From Perna viridis (taxonomy: Eukaryota), in NCBI GenBank assembly GCA_037379345.1, contig CM074516.1, forward strand, positions 21,700,001-21,764,000: a stretch of 64,000 nt of DNA. Direction: 5' to 3'. Below, piece by piece: positions 1-10,560 of the stretch. The notes under the pieces were generated by a model that was not told the origin of the DNA, made no database searches, and saw only the letters and a list, made by a program, of their open reading frames with translations. Position 1 is the stretch's first letter. Every line of letters begins with the position of its first letter. The translations under genes were made by a program, and so were the position numbers.

Positions 1-695
1 CTCAAGAGATTTTAACAAAATTTTAAAGGAAGTCTGGGCATTATATACAGATGACCATCAGGTAATATATTTATTGTCTACAAATTCTCCTTAACGTGCT
101 CAAGAGACTTGATGAACATATATGAAAAAGAATGGTATCATTTTTACATGTGCATAAAGGAATGTATTTACTATCAAAAGACTGAAAAAAGAAGCATTAC
201 AACTTTTTCACATGTTAAAACTTCTTAAACGCAGTTTTTCTGGACAAAGGAATTCTAAATATAATCATTGTCGAAGGAATCGAAGGGGAAATACTTCAAG
301 TTTAGGCTTTTTTACATTTTGTTATTTACATCATATGAAGAGGGAAGATTTCTGTTTTTTTTTTTTAAAGTTGCTCGCATTATTTTTTCGTCAACAAGGG
401 AAAACCATAAGCATATATATAGAATAGGAAACGGGGAATTTTATGGGAAAATTGCGAAAAATATACCGACACCATAATATTCAAATTAAAAGTATTATCA
501 TATAAGTTAAAACAATTATTATATATTATCTCGCCATGCATAACCAAATGAAAATCCAAACGAAAAAAAAGAAAAGGTTAATAACAAATTTTCTGAATAG
601 ATTTTGAAAATTGAATACTAATATCATTAAATTCTTCCAACACGAAATGCATATAAAAATAATGTTCGACGGAAACATATATCTTTATATTTCAG

Positions 696-803
696 GGGAA
701 AGCGGGCAGAACTATCGAGAACTTTCCCATGCACTAGGATTCCTACCCGATATTGTAACAGTACGTACGTTATTGGATAACGGCTACATGTCCGATGGAA
801 TTG
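696..803 (+). CDS. Sushi/TM protein, internal exon (first confidently identified)
   Basis: tttcag acceptor at 690-695 and G|GTAAG donor at 804. Phase 1/1. Reads (G)ESGQNYRELSHALGFLPDIVTVRTLLDNGYMSDGI and splices in frame to 2209. Confidence 0.75.
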
Positions 804-1070
804 GTAAGTTATTATATAAATCTAAAAAATACTATATCGTAAATAAATTCGCTCTTTTCCTCTTTGCAATCGCCTTCAAATTCAATATTATTAAATGAAC
901 TTGTTATAAACAATTCCATGTAATTTTTAAAACGATTAAGATAATTTGTTCTGTCACTGGACATTTTTGTGCTCTTACTTTGTTACTGCAATCATTTACT
1001 GCTTTGATTTTCTGTTCGTACTTTTGCCTTTCCTGTGTTTTCATGCTAGATAAAATGTCCTTGAATTCGT

Positions 1071-1345
1071 CCTTTACTCTTCCGTTTACCCCGGACTTCA
1101 CTTTTTATGAGCAACTCGACGCGTGTTTCTAGAAAACCAGAAGAAGCCTACCCTACCGGTGTACATGGTCCATGCTTCCAGTTTTAGTGGAGTCCTAGTT
1201 GCCCATTTACTTTTGTTATTTTGTATGTATCATTTTAGTTACTTTGTATTCTTTGTTGTGTATGTCTGTTTTCCATGCCTGGTCTTTGTCCCTGGATTAC
1301 ATTCTTTTGATTACCGCTGTAACCTTGGTTCCCTTGATTACTCTT
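1071..1345 (+). mobile_element. PLE 3' module copy
   Basis: atgagcaactcg...tttctagaaaa...taccctaccggtg...ttggttcccttgattactct. Confidence 0.85.
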
Positions 1346-2208
1346 GTCCATGAATTCGAGATGGAGGTCCTTTATACTGTCTAAATGGTGCCAATTGACC
1401 ATAATTGTGTATGTGTACAGAGGAACGAAGCTTTACTAGACTTTTATTTAAACTTTGCACATTCATATCTTTGTTTTGTTTTTCTTTTTTCTTTTTTCTC
1501 TGATTACAAAATGCATTTCACAATACAAATCGGTGCATTGCTGTGCACTTCAAGCAAGCATTTCTATGAACGCAGTCATTTTTAAAAACAACCTTTTTTG
1601 AAATTATAATCATATCAAAATTTGTCATACCGATATGTGTACTAAATATTTTGACCACACAAGTCTCCCTTTGCAACAAAGCGTAACCATAAATAACCAT
1701 CAATCCGTGACCAAAATTTTGATGGATTTTGTTCAATCCGTAGTCTAAATTGTTTGTCGTAATTATAGATTCTTGTAAAGTTGTATCTGACACAGCACCT
1801 ATAATTATACTTATACATGCAAATTAATCACTTGCTAAAATAGGGTGCTTCTATACCACCATTTTTAAAAAAAATATATAAGAAGTATCTGTCCACTGTT
1901 CACTATTGGTTGTGTTTAATTGTAGTTGTTTTACTTTCAAAGCGTGCACCACTGGTTCAACTTCAACTTCCTGCACTTCATTTAGGACCTGTCTATCTCG
2001 CAATAGTCTACCGCCTCGTCTCGGTCATAAAGAGTATAGATACCCCCATCCTGCCGTACACCTCTACCTCTTGGCACAATTTCGAAAATTGGTTTCGATC
2101 TGAATGAATATATAACGACATGGTGAAATAGGAAAGTACAATAATTTACATGCAATGTTTTCGTAAAACCGTCTTATTTAATTTTTGTATCTTTACATAT
2201 ACCTCTAG

Positions 2209-2325
2209 GAACAGTGTTTCTTGGCAATACTCAAAAGATGTATAATGATTTAGGTGGTGTACTATATGGTTATGATGACACAATTGTGAGGTTGTGGGTT
2301 CCGTCATACTTCAAAACCGATCCAG
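2209..2325 (+). CDS. Sushi/TM protein, internal exon
   Basis: ctctag acceptor and CAG|GTATGT donor. 117 bp, phase 1/1. Reads GTVFLGNTQKMYNDLGGVLYGYDDTIVRLWVPSYFKTDP. Not in the ORF track. Confidence 0.8.
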
Positions 2326-2666
2326 GTATGTAGAAGGGAAGAAAAGAGTAAAAAAATATAATATTAACATTTAAAGTTATTATTTTTACCAAAGCTCAAA
2401 ATTCAAATATATATAGAAGGGAACATACATATAAGTCAAAATAAACTTTCATATATAATAGGTTACAGATTTTGTGATAATAGGTATTTTATAAATAGGC
2501 GATATTCAGGCTTGTAAAATTTACTGTGCAATGAATAAAATTGGTATACAGAACAAGTCCACAATCATTTAAACTGAAATAAATTAATTCAGTAAGTCGT
2601 AATTAAGAACGGTAAATGTCCTTTGTTCTTATTGTCAACCATGATTTTATTTTTGGCAAGCGTCAT

Positions 2667-3072
2667 TAGGAGGCTGTGCATATAAAAATCAGGCAGAACC
2701 TATAATTTGAGTGGCACAAGGATAAATTTTATCACACAGTTCATTTTGTTCCCATTTAATGTATATACCTTATATATGTCTAAAAGTAAATAATGTTTGT
2801 TTAAAATCGACAATGTATGGCTCATAAATGTTTTTTAAGTTCCTTATCAAAGCAACCAAATTTTGCTAAAATTAAAGGGTTATCTCCCTTTTACAATAAA
2901 TTTCAATGTTTTCTATGCAATTTATTTCTCTTCCATTGTTGTAGTTAATCGAAAACCCATATTCAACTTTGAGAAAGGATCTATTTAGAATATGATATGT
3001 GTGGAAAATATTTGAAAACAGAATTTGTCATGTGCCACCCACTGCCTGGTTTTTGCCTGGTCACTTTTTTAA
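2667..3072. mobile_element. Dispersed repeat, homolog of 53942-54335
   Basis: Colinear similarity to the reverse complement of 53942-54335. Confidence 0.55.
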
Positions 3073-3164
3073 GAGCTTTATGACGTAATTATATGCGTAT
3101 GACAGATACAATTCCAAGTAGTCAATATACTATATATACAAAAGATAACAATAAAACTTGTTTT

Positions 3165-3395
3165 GTTAGGTTCTTTGTTATTCGTTTTGCGTTTCCTTTT
3201 TTATAGATTAGGTCGATTTTCGTTTTATATGAATAGTTTCACTTCATTTGTTTTCGATCTTTCTACAGCCTGCTTTATGGTTTTGCCCATCATTTAAGAC
3301 CGTGTGGTAACCTGAAGAAGTTTATTTGTTTGTCGCTTGGTATTTGGAGGATGACTCTCATTGGCAATCATAACATATCTCCTATTTTTATATTG
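3165..3395 (+). mobile_element. SINE-like 3' fragment
   Basis: Ends in tctcattggcaatcataacatatctcctatttttatatt, a tail I recall from abundant mussel interspersed repeats. Not verified by search. Confidence 0.5.
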
Positions 3396-4093
3396 GTTTA
3401 CATCAGTATTCCATGGGTGATATCTTTGAAGTACCGACTCTTTAAGTACGTTACATTGCTTTATCATCCATACCACATCTTCTAATCTTCATTCACCTTC
3501 ATCCCATTTTCTGCAAAAGACATTAATGGTGCTTTTTTGCTTTTCCCGAAAAGATATATATCATTTTAAGTTTTAATCTAAATAAGAGATATTGATACAT
3601 GTTTTATATATTAAATGTTGAAATGCTTTCTTTGAGAATGCATTTACCCTTTTCAAGCTAAAAAATCATGAAAAAAGAAACATGTTTATTCTGATGTGTA
3701 TGTTAAAATATTGTCAATAAAAGTGACGTTATTGCTTCAAATCCTATTTGAGGTTAACTTTACACCCTTCTAAATCCAAATGCAACATTCCCACTTTCAA
3801 TTCGAATCTTGCAAAATGCAAGAACAGTGGAATATACATGTAACAGAAGTATTTTTTCTTAATTTGTTGTTTAATACAATATCCTACATTAAAAACATTA
3901 AAGGAAACTCTTTTTGATATAATTGAATACATAGTAACTTTGGATTTTCTCTTTCCTCCTTACACCATGCCTCATTCCCCATTGCCAAATGAACTCGTGA
4001 CAAAAGGAAATATGGCCAAATACCCAATTACCTATACCTCATTAAATAGAAAGTTTGCCTCATTCAGGTACTTTACCTCATTAATTTTTGTAG

Positions 4094-4293
4094 CTGGCCA
4101 TGTCTTTGGTACATCTGACGGCTACAGTTTTCAGAAAAAGACGTCAGGAACAGCTTACATCTTAGGATGGAAAATCAAAACATCTCAACATGTGTTTCAC
4201 TTTCAACAGATCATTGGAGACAGTTTTATTCACGATTCTATAGTTGGTATCAGAAGTCCGTTTGATTGGACGAAGTATTTGGTTTCTGTTCAG
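4094..4293 (+). CDS. Sushi/TM protein, internal exon
   Basis: tttttgtag acceptor and CAG|GTATT donor. Phase 1/0. Reads AGHVFGTSDGYSFQKKTSGTAYILGWK...WTKYLVSVQ, within ORF 3940-4314. Confidence 0.8.
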
Positions 4294-4563
4294 GTATTAA
4301 ACATATACAGTTAACACAAAGCTATGCTGTACTAAATTGCACAGGTTATATTTGCATGCTTTGGTAGAATATAAAACCGCAACCATCTGTAATTTGTGAA
4401 GTTTTAAGCAAATATAAATTATTTTTTGTTTATATTTTAAAAGGACTTTCCCAATACAATAGTTGGAAAGGTTTGTATACTAAGGAAAACGCCAGGACAG
4501 AAACTGAATGTATTATTCAATAAATTTTATGTTGTGTTTATTTGTAATCTTACATTTTACTAT

Positions 4564-4638
4564 AAATGGGGATGGTTAAGGCATTATAGAACTAGTTTAA
4601 CCCCATCGCAGATTTTAAGAGCCTGTCCACAGTCAAGA
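4564..4638 (+). ncRNA. Degenerate twister-ribozyme-like motif (circularly permuted) in a repeat fragment
   Basis: GGGG-A-TGG...TTTAA-CCCC...G-CCTG-TCCACAGT-CAAG follows the order of the twister core (GAGGG; UAA-P2; P4 with a UCC..AG loop). Several pairings are broken. Confidence 0.3.
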
Positions 4639-4689
4639 GATCATTAATGTGTCTTTGTATCGTAATATTACTTTTTAGTTTGATTTTGA

Positions 4690-4906
4690 AAGAGTAATCA
4701 AGGGAACCAATATTCTAGATGAAATCAAAAGAATGTAATCCAGGCACCAGACATGACATGGAAAACAGACAAAAACAACAAAGAACATAAAGTAAATAAA
4801 ATAATACATACAAAGTAACAAAAGTAAATGAGCAACTCGGACTCCACTAAAAACTGGGAGCATGAACCAGGTGCACTGGTAGGGTAAGTGTCGTATGCTT
4901 TTCTAG
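4690..4906 (-). mobile_element. PLE 3' module copy
   Basis: Reverse complement of the module (agagtaatcaagggaacc...gagcaactcggactccact...ggtagggtaag). Confidence 0.85.
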
Positions 4907-5231
4907 TATGTTAATTGTTTGTGGAAGTATGTTAAACGTTTGTGTAAACAAAACCATAGAGACTGTTTATACTTATACCTGAAAAAAAATATTCTCTTTC
5001 AAGCTTTTGAAAATTAGAAAAAATTGGAGGTTTCAGCACTCTTTGCACGTTCAGACCAAAACTATACAACGGATAGCACGATAATGTTATACGGTCGAGT
5101 CTGATTTTCTAATCTCTTCAGATTTTTTCCCAAATCGGCAAAACTGCATGTATCGGGATTACAAACAGTATTTTTTCAATCTACTATGATGATAATTTTC
5201 CCTATATACATGATAACCTCTATTATTTCAG

Positions 5232-5463
5232 TATCAGAAGAGACGTGGTAGGATGCTATTTTACGCTGCAGGAACAACACAAGCAACGCCCATTGCCCGG
5301 TATGGGGGTTTTGTTTATGCTTATACTAAGAAAGAAATTTTGCTTTGGCATCCTAAAAATGCTCCTGTGGTTTACATAGGCGATAGATGGGGAGAAAACC
5401 AGTCGGCTCAAGAAAGTACCGCGGCTAAGGTCACCCTGCGAATTTTTTATTTAGAAGAACAAA
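5232..5463 (+). CDS. Sushi/TM protein, internal exon
   Basis: tttcag acceptor and A|GTAAGT donor. Phase 0/1. Reads YQKRRGRMLFYAAGTTQATPIARYGGFVYAYTKKEILLWHP...LEEQ. Confidence 0.85.
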
Positions 5464-5955
5464 GTAAGTTTATTCTATGCAAGACCATATGACATCAAGG
5501 CAAAAAGGCTGAAACATATACTTTATGGAAAGCATTATTTGAAAGAAATATGTACAAAATTATTTTGTATTGAATCGCTGATTACGCTCCTCAAAAAGCC
5601 ACAGTGTTTTTAGAGCTAACACATTTTTGATCGTGTGAAAATCAATATATTCGATATTATAATTTTGATTAGATTTTTAGAAATAAATTAATTTTGTCAT
5701 ACTAATTTGTTTTGATTCGGTATTATAATGAAACCTGTCTTTACCAAATCCCGGATAATCCGAAACTTATCTTGACACTTTTAGAGTCTTTTAAAATTTA
5801 TTCTAATGTATTTTGATCCTTGATAAACCGCACTCCTTTTGTAACAAAACAAATGTTTAAATCCATTAGGGGTTGGGTTTATATATGATTCCCTGTAAAT
5901 ATGTTAACTAATTGGCTATATCAGTACTCTCAGTTTATGTTTACCTATTTTACAG

Positions 5956-6126
5956 AGTGTCCATATCCAGATAATCCAGTCAACTCATCATTAACTATGA
6001 CAGGCTTGAGGTATGGTGATACATTATCATATTCCTGCAACGACGGTCATGTGTTGATTGGCGGGGACCTGTTTAGAACGTGTGAACGGACGCGCAAATG
6101 GTCTGGGTCTCTCCCAACCTGTGTTT
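5956..6126 (+). CDS. Sushi/CCP (SCR) domain exon
   Basis: ttttacag acceptor and T|GTAAGT donor. Symmetric phase 1/1. Reads CPYPDNPVN...YGDTLSYSCNDGHVLIGGDLFRTCERTRKWSGSLPTC, with the four Cys and the Trp of a Sushi domain. Confidence 0.92.
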
Positions 6127-6339
6127 GTAAGTCTCTTTTTATTGACGTAAATTACTTAAGTGTCAGCCCCTGTAAGAATCATGCAGTGGGTGAAACAAGG
6201 TATAAAAAAAACTTGACATTTTGATAGTGTTATTTGACTATTTTCGCCATTAGAATCAAGGAGAACAGACTATATTTTCCATATCATGCTGGACCACTAA
6301 GTTACAATTTCATTGAAGTGCCCTGAAAATGAACATTTC

Positions 6340-6487
6340 AAGGGCAGATAACTGTCAAAAACCTCATTTTTTCTAAGATTCTATTGAACAATTTCTGCGC
6401 AAAGTCAAAGTTGCAGAGATCAAATATTGGTCTTTTCAAATAGAGGAAGTATCCTTTAGGGGTATTACATTGTCAGATTGGTGGGGT
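6340..6487 (+). repeat. Dispersed repeat; second copy at 54880-55010
   Basis: tgcagagatcaaata..gg.cttttcaaata.aggaagtatcctt...attacattgtcagat shared by both loci. Confidence 0.75.
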
Positions 6488-6540
6488 TTCGACATGCATG
6501 TTTCTGATTTTCCCCATTTTGTCTGATTCTCATGAACACT

Positions 6541-8312
6541 TACACCTCCTGAAACGTGTAAGGTTATCAATCCCACGCACATGAAGCACACGAAACGCAA
6601 AACACGAAACACGATCCCACGAAACAAGCACTCGAAGCAGACGATACACGAAAGCCACACGAAACACGTTGCACGATAAACGAATGATCGTGTGCGTCGA
6701 AAGTATTCTTCTCAGTAATTGGTATATTTCGAAATCTAACTTGCAAAGCGAAACTAATGATAATTCATGATATGCAGTGTACGTGTTCGTCGTATTTTGT
6801 TGATTGATGACACCTTTTATGTAATAACGTGTATTATGCTTTAATAAACACATTCGATATACACAATTTTTAAATGTCTATAAATGGTTTGATATAAAAT
6901 CTCGTTATACATCGTACATTGCGAAAACATTAATATTGTCATTGGTCTGGAAGTATGAAAATGTTAAAAAATTTTTTCTACTGAAGAAAAATTCTGAAAC
7001 AAAAAAAAAATAGTTAACAAAGTGTTTTTACCATACAATCATATTGCTTTGAATATGAAATAAATAGAACTATTTTTTGTGTAAAAATGTCCATATTTGT
7101 TGTATATGGATCATTGTGAGTACATTTGCCTTGATCTAGGAGAACAAAAATACCAAAGTTTCATAAACTATTGGTAAAAAGTACTCTTTTTAAAAAAAAA
7201 ATAATTAGGCTATTTTAACTAAAGCGATACCATTTTATTAATCTAAAAAAGAAATTTTGCATTGTCGATAGGAAAAATATCTATTTTATTATATATGGTA
7301 CATTGCCAAAACATTTTCATTAGTCTCTGAGTATGAAAATATTAAAATTTTATAAAATTGCGGTAAGACATACTCATTTTTTTTTAGATAAAATAGTGTT
7401 TTTGACTGATGTGATACCATCTTATTGCTCTGAATATGAAAAGAAATTAATTTTCATATGAAAAATGTTCATATTTATTGTATATTGATCATTGTGAACA
7501 CATTTTCCTTGTTTCAGGAGAACAAATATACCAAAATTTCATAAAGTATTGGTAAAAAGTACTCTTTTTGAAATAATTAAGCTATTTTAACTAATGCGAA
7601 ACCATTTTATTTATCTGAAAAAGAAAATATTGCATTGTTGATATGAAGAGTGTTCATTTTTTATTATATATGGCACAATGCGAAAACATTTTGACTGAAC
7701 TGGAATTATGAAAAAGTTTAAATTTCATAAAACTGGGGTAAAATAGACTCAATTTTAAGATAAAAGAGTATTTTTTGCTATGCAATACCATTTATTATAC
7801 ATGGTACATTGCAAAAACATTTTCACTGGTCAGGGAGTATAAAAAATTTGAAATTTCAAAAACTGGGGTAATATATACTCAATTTTTATTCTCAAAAGAC
7901 TAACTATTACCATTAGGTGAATGATCGCTCAACATTTATAGCTCAGGAAACTTTTCCCCGATCATTCCTGAAGACCATTCAAATATTTACAGTGTTTTAT
8001 TATGTGTACAAATAATATTCGAATGTTTGAAACCAATTAATTCCAACAAGTATTGATTCCTGACAAAATATTGTCTTTTCAGTGTAAAAGGAATATTGAT
8101 TTTGGCAAAGAAAACGAAATTACAACGACATTCCGTAAAATTGATCTACTTAGGAGCTATTTTTATCATCCAATCAGAACACAGAACCGTTGCACGAAAA
8201 ACGTTGCACGATACACGAAGAACGAAGCATGAAGTGCGCACACGAAAATTACACGCACGCGAAGCACACTAAGCACGCTAAAATGGGAATGTGACACGTT
8301 TCAGGAGGTGTA
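6541..8312. mobile_element. Non-autonomous TIR DNA element with an internal satellite array
   Basis: Perfect 19-bp TIR TACACCTCCTGAAACGTGT (6541-6559 / 8294-8312), CACGAA-rich subterminal blocks and ~188-bp internal tandem units. Confidence 0.85.
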
Positions 8313-8466
8313 CACTTTAATAAGTTTAATTTTAATATAAGTAAAAGAATATAAAAACGGTAACAACATTAATGAAAAAACTAACCAAATAAACCGAGTA
8401 GTACACAGCTACTCAAACAATTTCTCCACTTGGTGCTATAAATATACCGATTGTACTCTAACCAAA

Positions 8467-8605
8467 TAGATACTATCGTGGTAACAATTGGATAGTCGAT
8501 AAGCATGCGTTGAGCATGCTCAATATACATTTCCATGAGAAAATTCTTTTGTCCTACCTTAGCTGTACCTCACGGAAAATTATGTCACGCATGCTCATCG
8601 TCTAT
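8467..8605. mobile_element. Degraded copy of the 27274 MITE, opposite orientation
   Basis: gagcatgctcaatatacatttcc...aaattcttttgtcctacc...gcatgctca aligns to the reverse complement of 27274-27427. Confidence 0.7.
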
Positions 8606-8662
8606 ATAAATGCCACTAAAAATGGGAAAAACTAATTGCTGTAATTTTTTTTTTCGTTATAG

Positions 8663-8952
8663 ACAAAGAGCTCTTGTTACCGAAGACTTGTCCAAAGACT
8701 TCAGCAGATAATAATGAATCAGACGTAGATTTAAACAAAGTTTTGGCCACGATGACAGTTGATAAGAAAACGACTACTGCTTACCAACGCACGATCACCT
8801 GTGCAGACGACAAACGAATATCAGCCAGAGTAATCGGATGGAGTGGCGTGCTGATAGTATCTTCTGTTATGGCATTTTTCATTTTACCTGATTTTGTCAC
8901 GCTTTTTAAACACATTTTTGTTGTCATTATAAATACACAGAACAAAAAATGA
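8663..8952 (+). CDS. Sushi/TM protein, terminal exon (stalk, TM helix, short tail, stop)
   Basis: Poly-T tract plus ttatag acceptor, in frame with the Sushi exon. Reads TVDKKTTTAYQRTITCADDKRISARVIG, then hydrophobic WSGVLIVSSVMAFFILPDFV. TGA at 8950-8952. Confidence 0.85.
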
Positions 8953-9329
8953 AAGTCAAAATAATTTCAAAATAATGGAGTATAAATTAAGGACTGGGAG
9001 ATATTAACTTACAATTTCGTAATCGCTACAAAGTTTAAAACATCAGACATTTGAATTAAAATACTCAATTTATGCCAGATTCGAATCAAACGTTTTCGCT
9101 TAAAATAAGTCATATCTTTCATTTGGTAATATGCCAAATTTAAAAGATAAAATTTATGAATGATTAAGTGATTCATTTATCGTAGTAATGGAAATATTGA
9201 TAATATGTTTTTACTTAATCTTGTTAAATCATTACATCATTACAATATATAAAAAGTGAACTGTAATGACAAAAACCCTCAACTTCGCCACATAATGGTT
9301 TGTCATTTATGATCTGTTTTACTCTGGAG

Positions 9330-10050
9330 TTTTAGCTTACCTTTCCCATTTCCCAAAGAGCCAAGTTAACTATTGTCGCCCCTTGGCATCATCATTGTCT
9401 GTTTGCGTCCGTGGTCGTTAACGATTAAGAGAAAAACTTTCTCTAAACACTACTTGAACAATTAGAACTAAACTTGGTATGAGTGTGTCTAGGAGTGTTC
9501 TACACTCTTGAATCGTTATGGTGTATCCATCTGCACCATGAAAACTGATTTATTCAAAGGGTCACAGTTTTCCTTACCTAGTTTGGTTTTCCCGGACTTG
9601 ACATTTTATGAGCAACTGGGTGGATGTTTCTAGAAAAACGGAGGACGCTTATCCTACCGGTGGACCTGGTCCATGCTCCAAGTTTTTAGTGGAGCTCAAG
9701 TTGTTTATTTGCTTTTGTTACTTTGTGCGTATGATTTTAGTTACTTTATGTTCTTCGTTGTGTATGTCTGTTTTCCACCCGTGGCCTTTGTCCCTGCATT
9801 ACATTCTTTTGATTACCGCAATAAACTTGGTTCCCTTGATTACCCTACATAGAACTGATGTTGGAATTTTTAATCCATCGAAAACGTGCTGCTGTTACTA
9901 TAAGTAGAACTTCGGAGTTTTTTGTTTTTTGTTTTGTTTTTTTTCTTTGCATATATCTTCAAAACGTTTATGTTTAGCCAAAGTGAAAGTATTTAGCATG
10001 ATGAGATCTATCGGTGGTCAAATTTGCGTGTAAATCTGTTATACCATGTT
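9330..10050 (+). mobile_element. Helentron-associated (HINE/DINE-1-like) element fragment, interrupted by a PLE
   Basis: tttagcttacct...ccaagttaacta subterminal inverted repeat, a gtctgt/cgtccgt microsatellite-like tract, then an aaacttggtatg core. Similar sequence resumes after 9847. Confidence 0.5.
9508..9846 (+). mobile_element. PLE 3' module copy with RT end, nested in a HINE-like element
   Basis: atcgttatggtgtatccatc through ttggttcccttgattaccct. Confidence 0.85.
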
Positions 10051-10169
10051 GGTTTTTAAGTGTAAATTTAAAATGTGGGAATAATATAAAAGCATCAAAA
10101 ACGATATTCGATATTTAACTCAGAATCCTTTTACTTGTCCTAAACTTGAGAACATGAAACTTTTCTCAT

Positions 10170-10560
10170 TACACAATAAAGACAACAGAAGGACAAAAAG
10201 AAAACTCCGAAAAACTGAAGACAATTAGAAACACAACAGCTTAAAAAACTTGCAATTTGAATCCTTCAAAAACGAACGAGAGTAATACGGTCCGAAAAGG
10301 TAAGCATTGTCCGTCAAGTGTAATGTGTAAAATCCGGTAAGCGTCAAGTTTGTATTTACTGGAAATATCTTGTCTCATTTTGTGAGATAAAAACTTTATA
10401 TCAGTCAATTAAATTGTAATGACCATAAAGTTTCTGTGGTGATAAAATCAACTAAGTTTGAACATACCACTGTTTTATTGCCTTTATCTACAGCATTATA
10501 CAAACTTACAAATGGACAGTTTGCTTCCCATGACATGAAACGTGCTCAGCATCAATTAAT
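10170..10560 (-). mobile_element. Diverged PLE remnant (second family)
   Basis: The minus strand reads like QKLYGH..LID.KV.ISQ (RT C-terminus), followed by atgcttaccttttcggacc. Confidence 0.5.

Noticed and set aside
1-61. Open frame SRDFNKILKEVWALYTDDHQ ending at CAG|GTAATA as the upstream exon of the Sushi gene
   Set aside because: The only open frame ends in phase 0, but the exon at 696 needs phase 1. It cannot be linked without upstream sequence.
1123-1384. Recurrent hydrophobic ORFs (…AHLLLLLCMY…, …SLSLDYILLI…), also at 4675, 9608, 20078, 34597, 42115, 43933, 50798, 53517 and 56385
   Set aside because: They are chance translations of the T-rich PLE 3' module in varying frames, not a membrane-protein family.
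1906-2107. GC-elevated, coding-looking stretch in a Sushi-gene intron
   Set aside because: No usable splice sites or recognisable domain. Probably a decayed TE fragment that I cannot assign.
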